Source: Eledone cirrhosa
Taxonomy: Eukaryota
Assembly: GCA_964016885.1 (NCBI GenBank)
Contig: OZ024752.1
Location: forward strand, 6,324,001-6,388,000
Reading direction: 5' to 3'
DNA: 64,000 bases
Part shown: one piece after another, positions 63,907 through 64,000 of the stretch
Layout of the letters: every line of letters begins with the position of its first letter
Numbering within the stretch: position 1 is the first letter of the stretch
Translations under genes and position numbers: made by a program
Notes under the pieces: generated by a model
The model's input: the letters and a program-made list of their open reading frames with translations, nothing else
What the model was told of the DNA's origin: nothing
Database searches by the model: none

Positions 63907-64000
63907 CTAAGGAAACCTCTTGTTGAATCAAACAACGCCGTACGTTAAAACTATCCATAGTACAGAGTACTCACAACCTCTAACTGGATTACCTAAAATG

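Overview
This is AT-rich, repeat-dense metazoan DNA. The SINE/LINE content looks like a coleoid cephalopod (octopus-like), which is an inference. There are two host genes, both on the + strand. The first is the last coding exon of a Crk/CrkL adaptor (C-terminal SH3, 1438-1611). The second is a 13-exon, phase-consistent model of a KIAA1549/KIAA1549L-like (UPF0606) single-pass membrane protein (26117-63906, about 2130 aa), with a 4.8-kb Ser/Thr mucin-like exon, one SEA-like module with an RRKR site, a TM helix and an LLDDAF motif. The rest is mostly transposon-derived: two 5'-truncated RTE LINEs, one CR1/L2 LINE, three CRE-like RLE relics, tRNA-derived SINEs, TTAA (piggyBac-type) and hAT MITEs, and many minisatellites. 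Most long ORFs in the track are read-through of tandem repeats. Two patterns stand out. (1) Short fold-back elements sitting in (TA)n tracts carry type I hammerhead ribozyme cores: two canonical and two non-canonical 'clamped' cores, in a Penelope-like arrangement. In one, the inverted arm starts exactly at the predicted cleavage site. (2) Several kb-scale minisatellites can be traced to transposon seeds: the RTE 3'UTR 48-mer, a SINE A-box head, RTE ORF2 and a hAT MITE interior.
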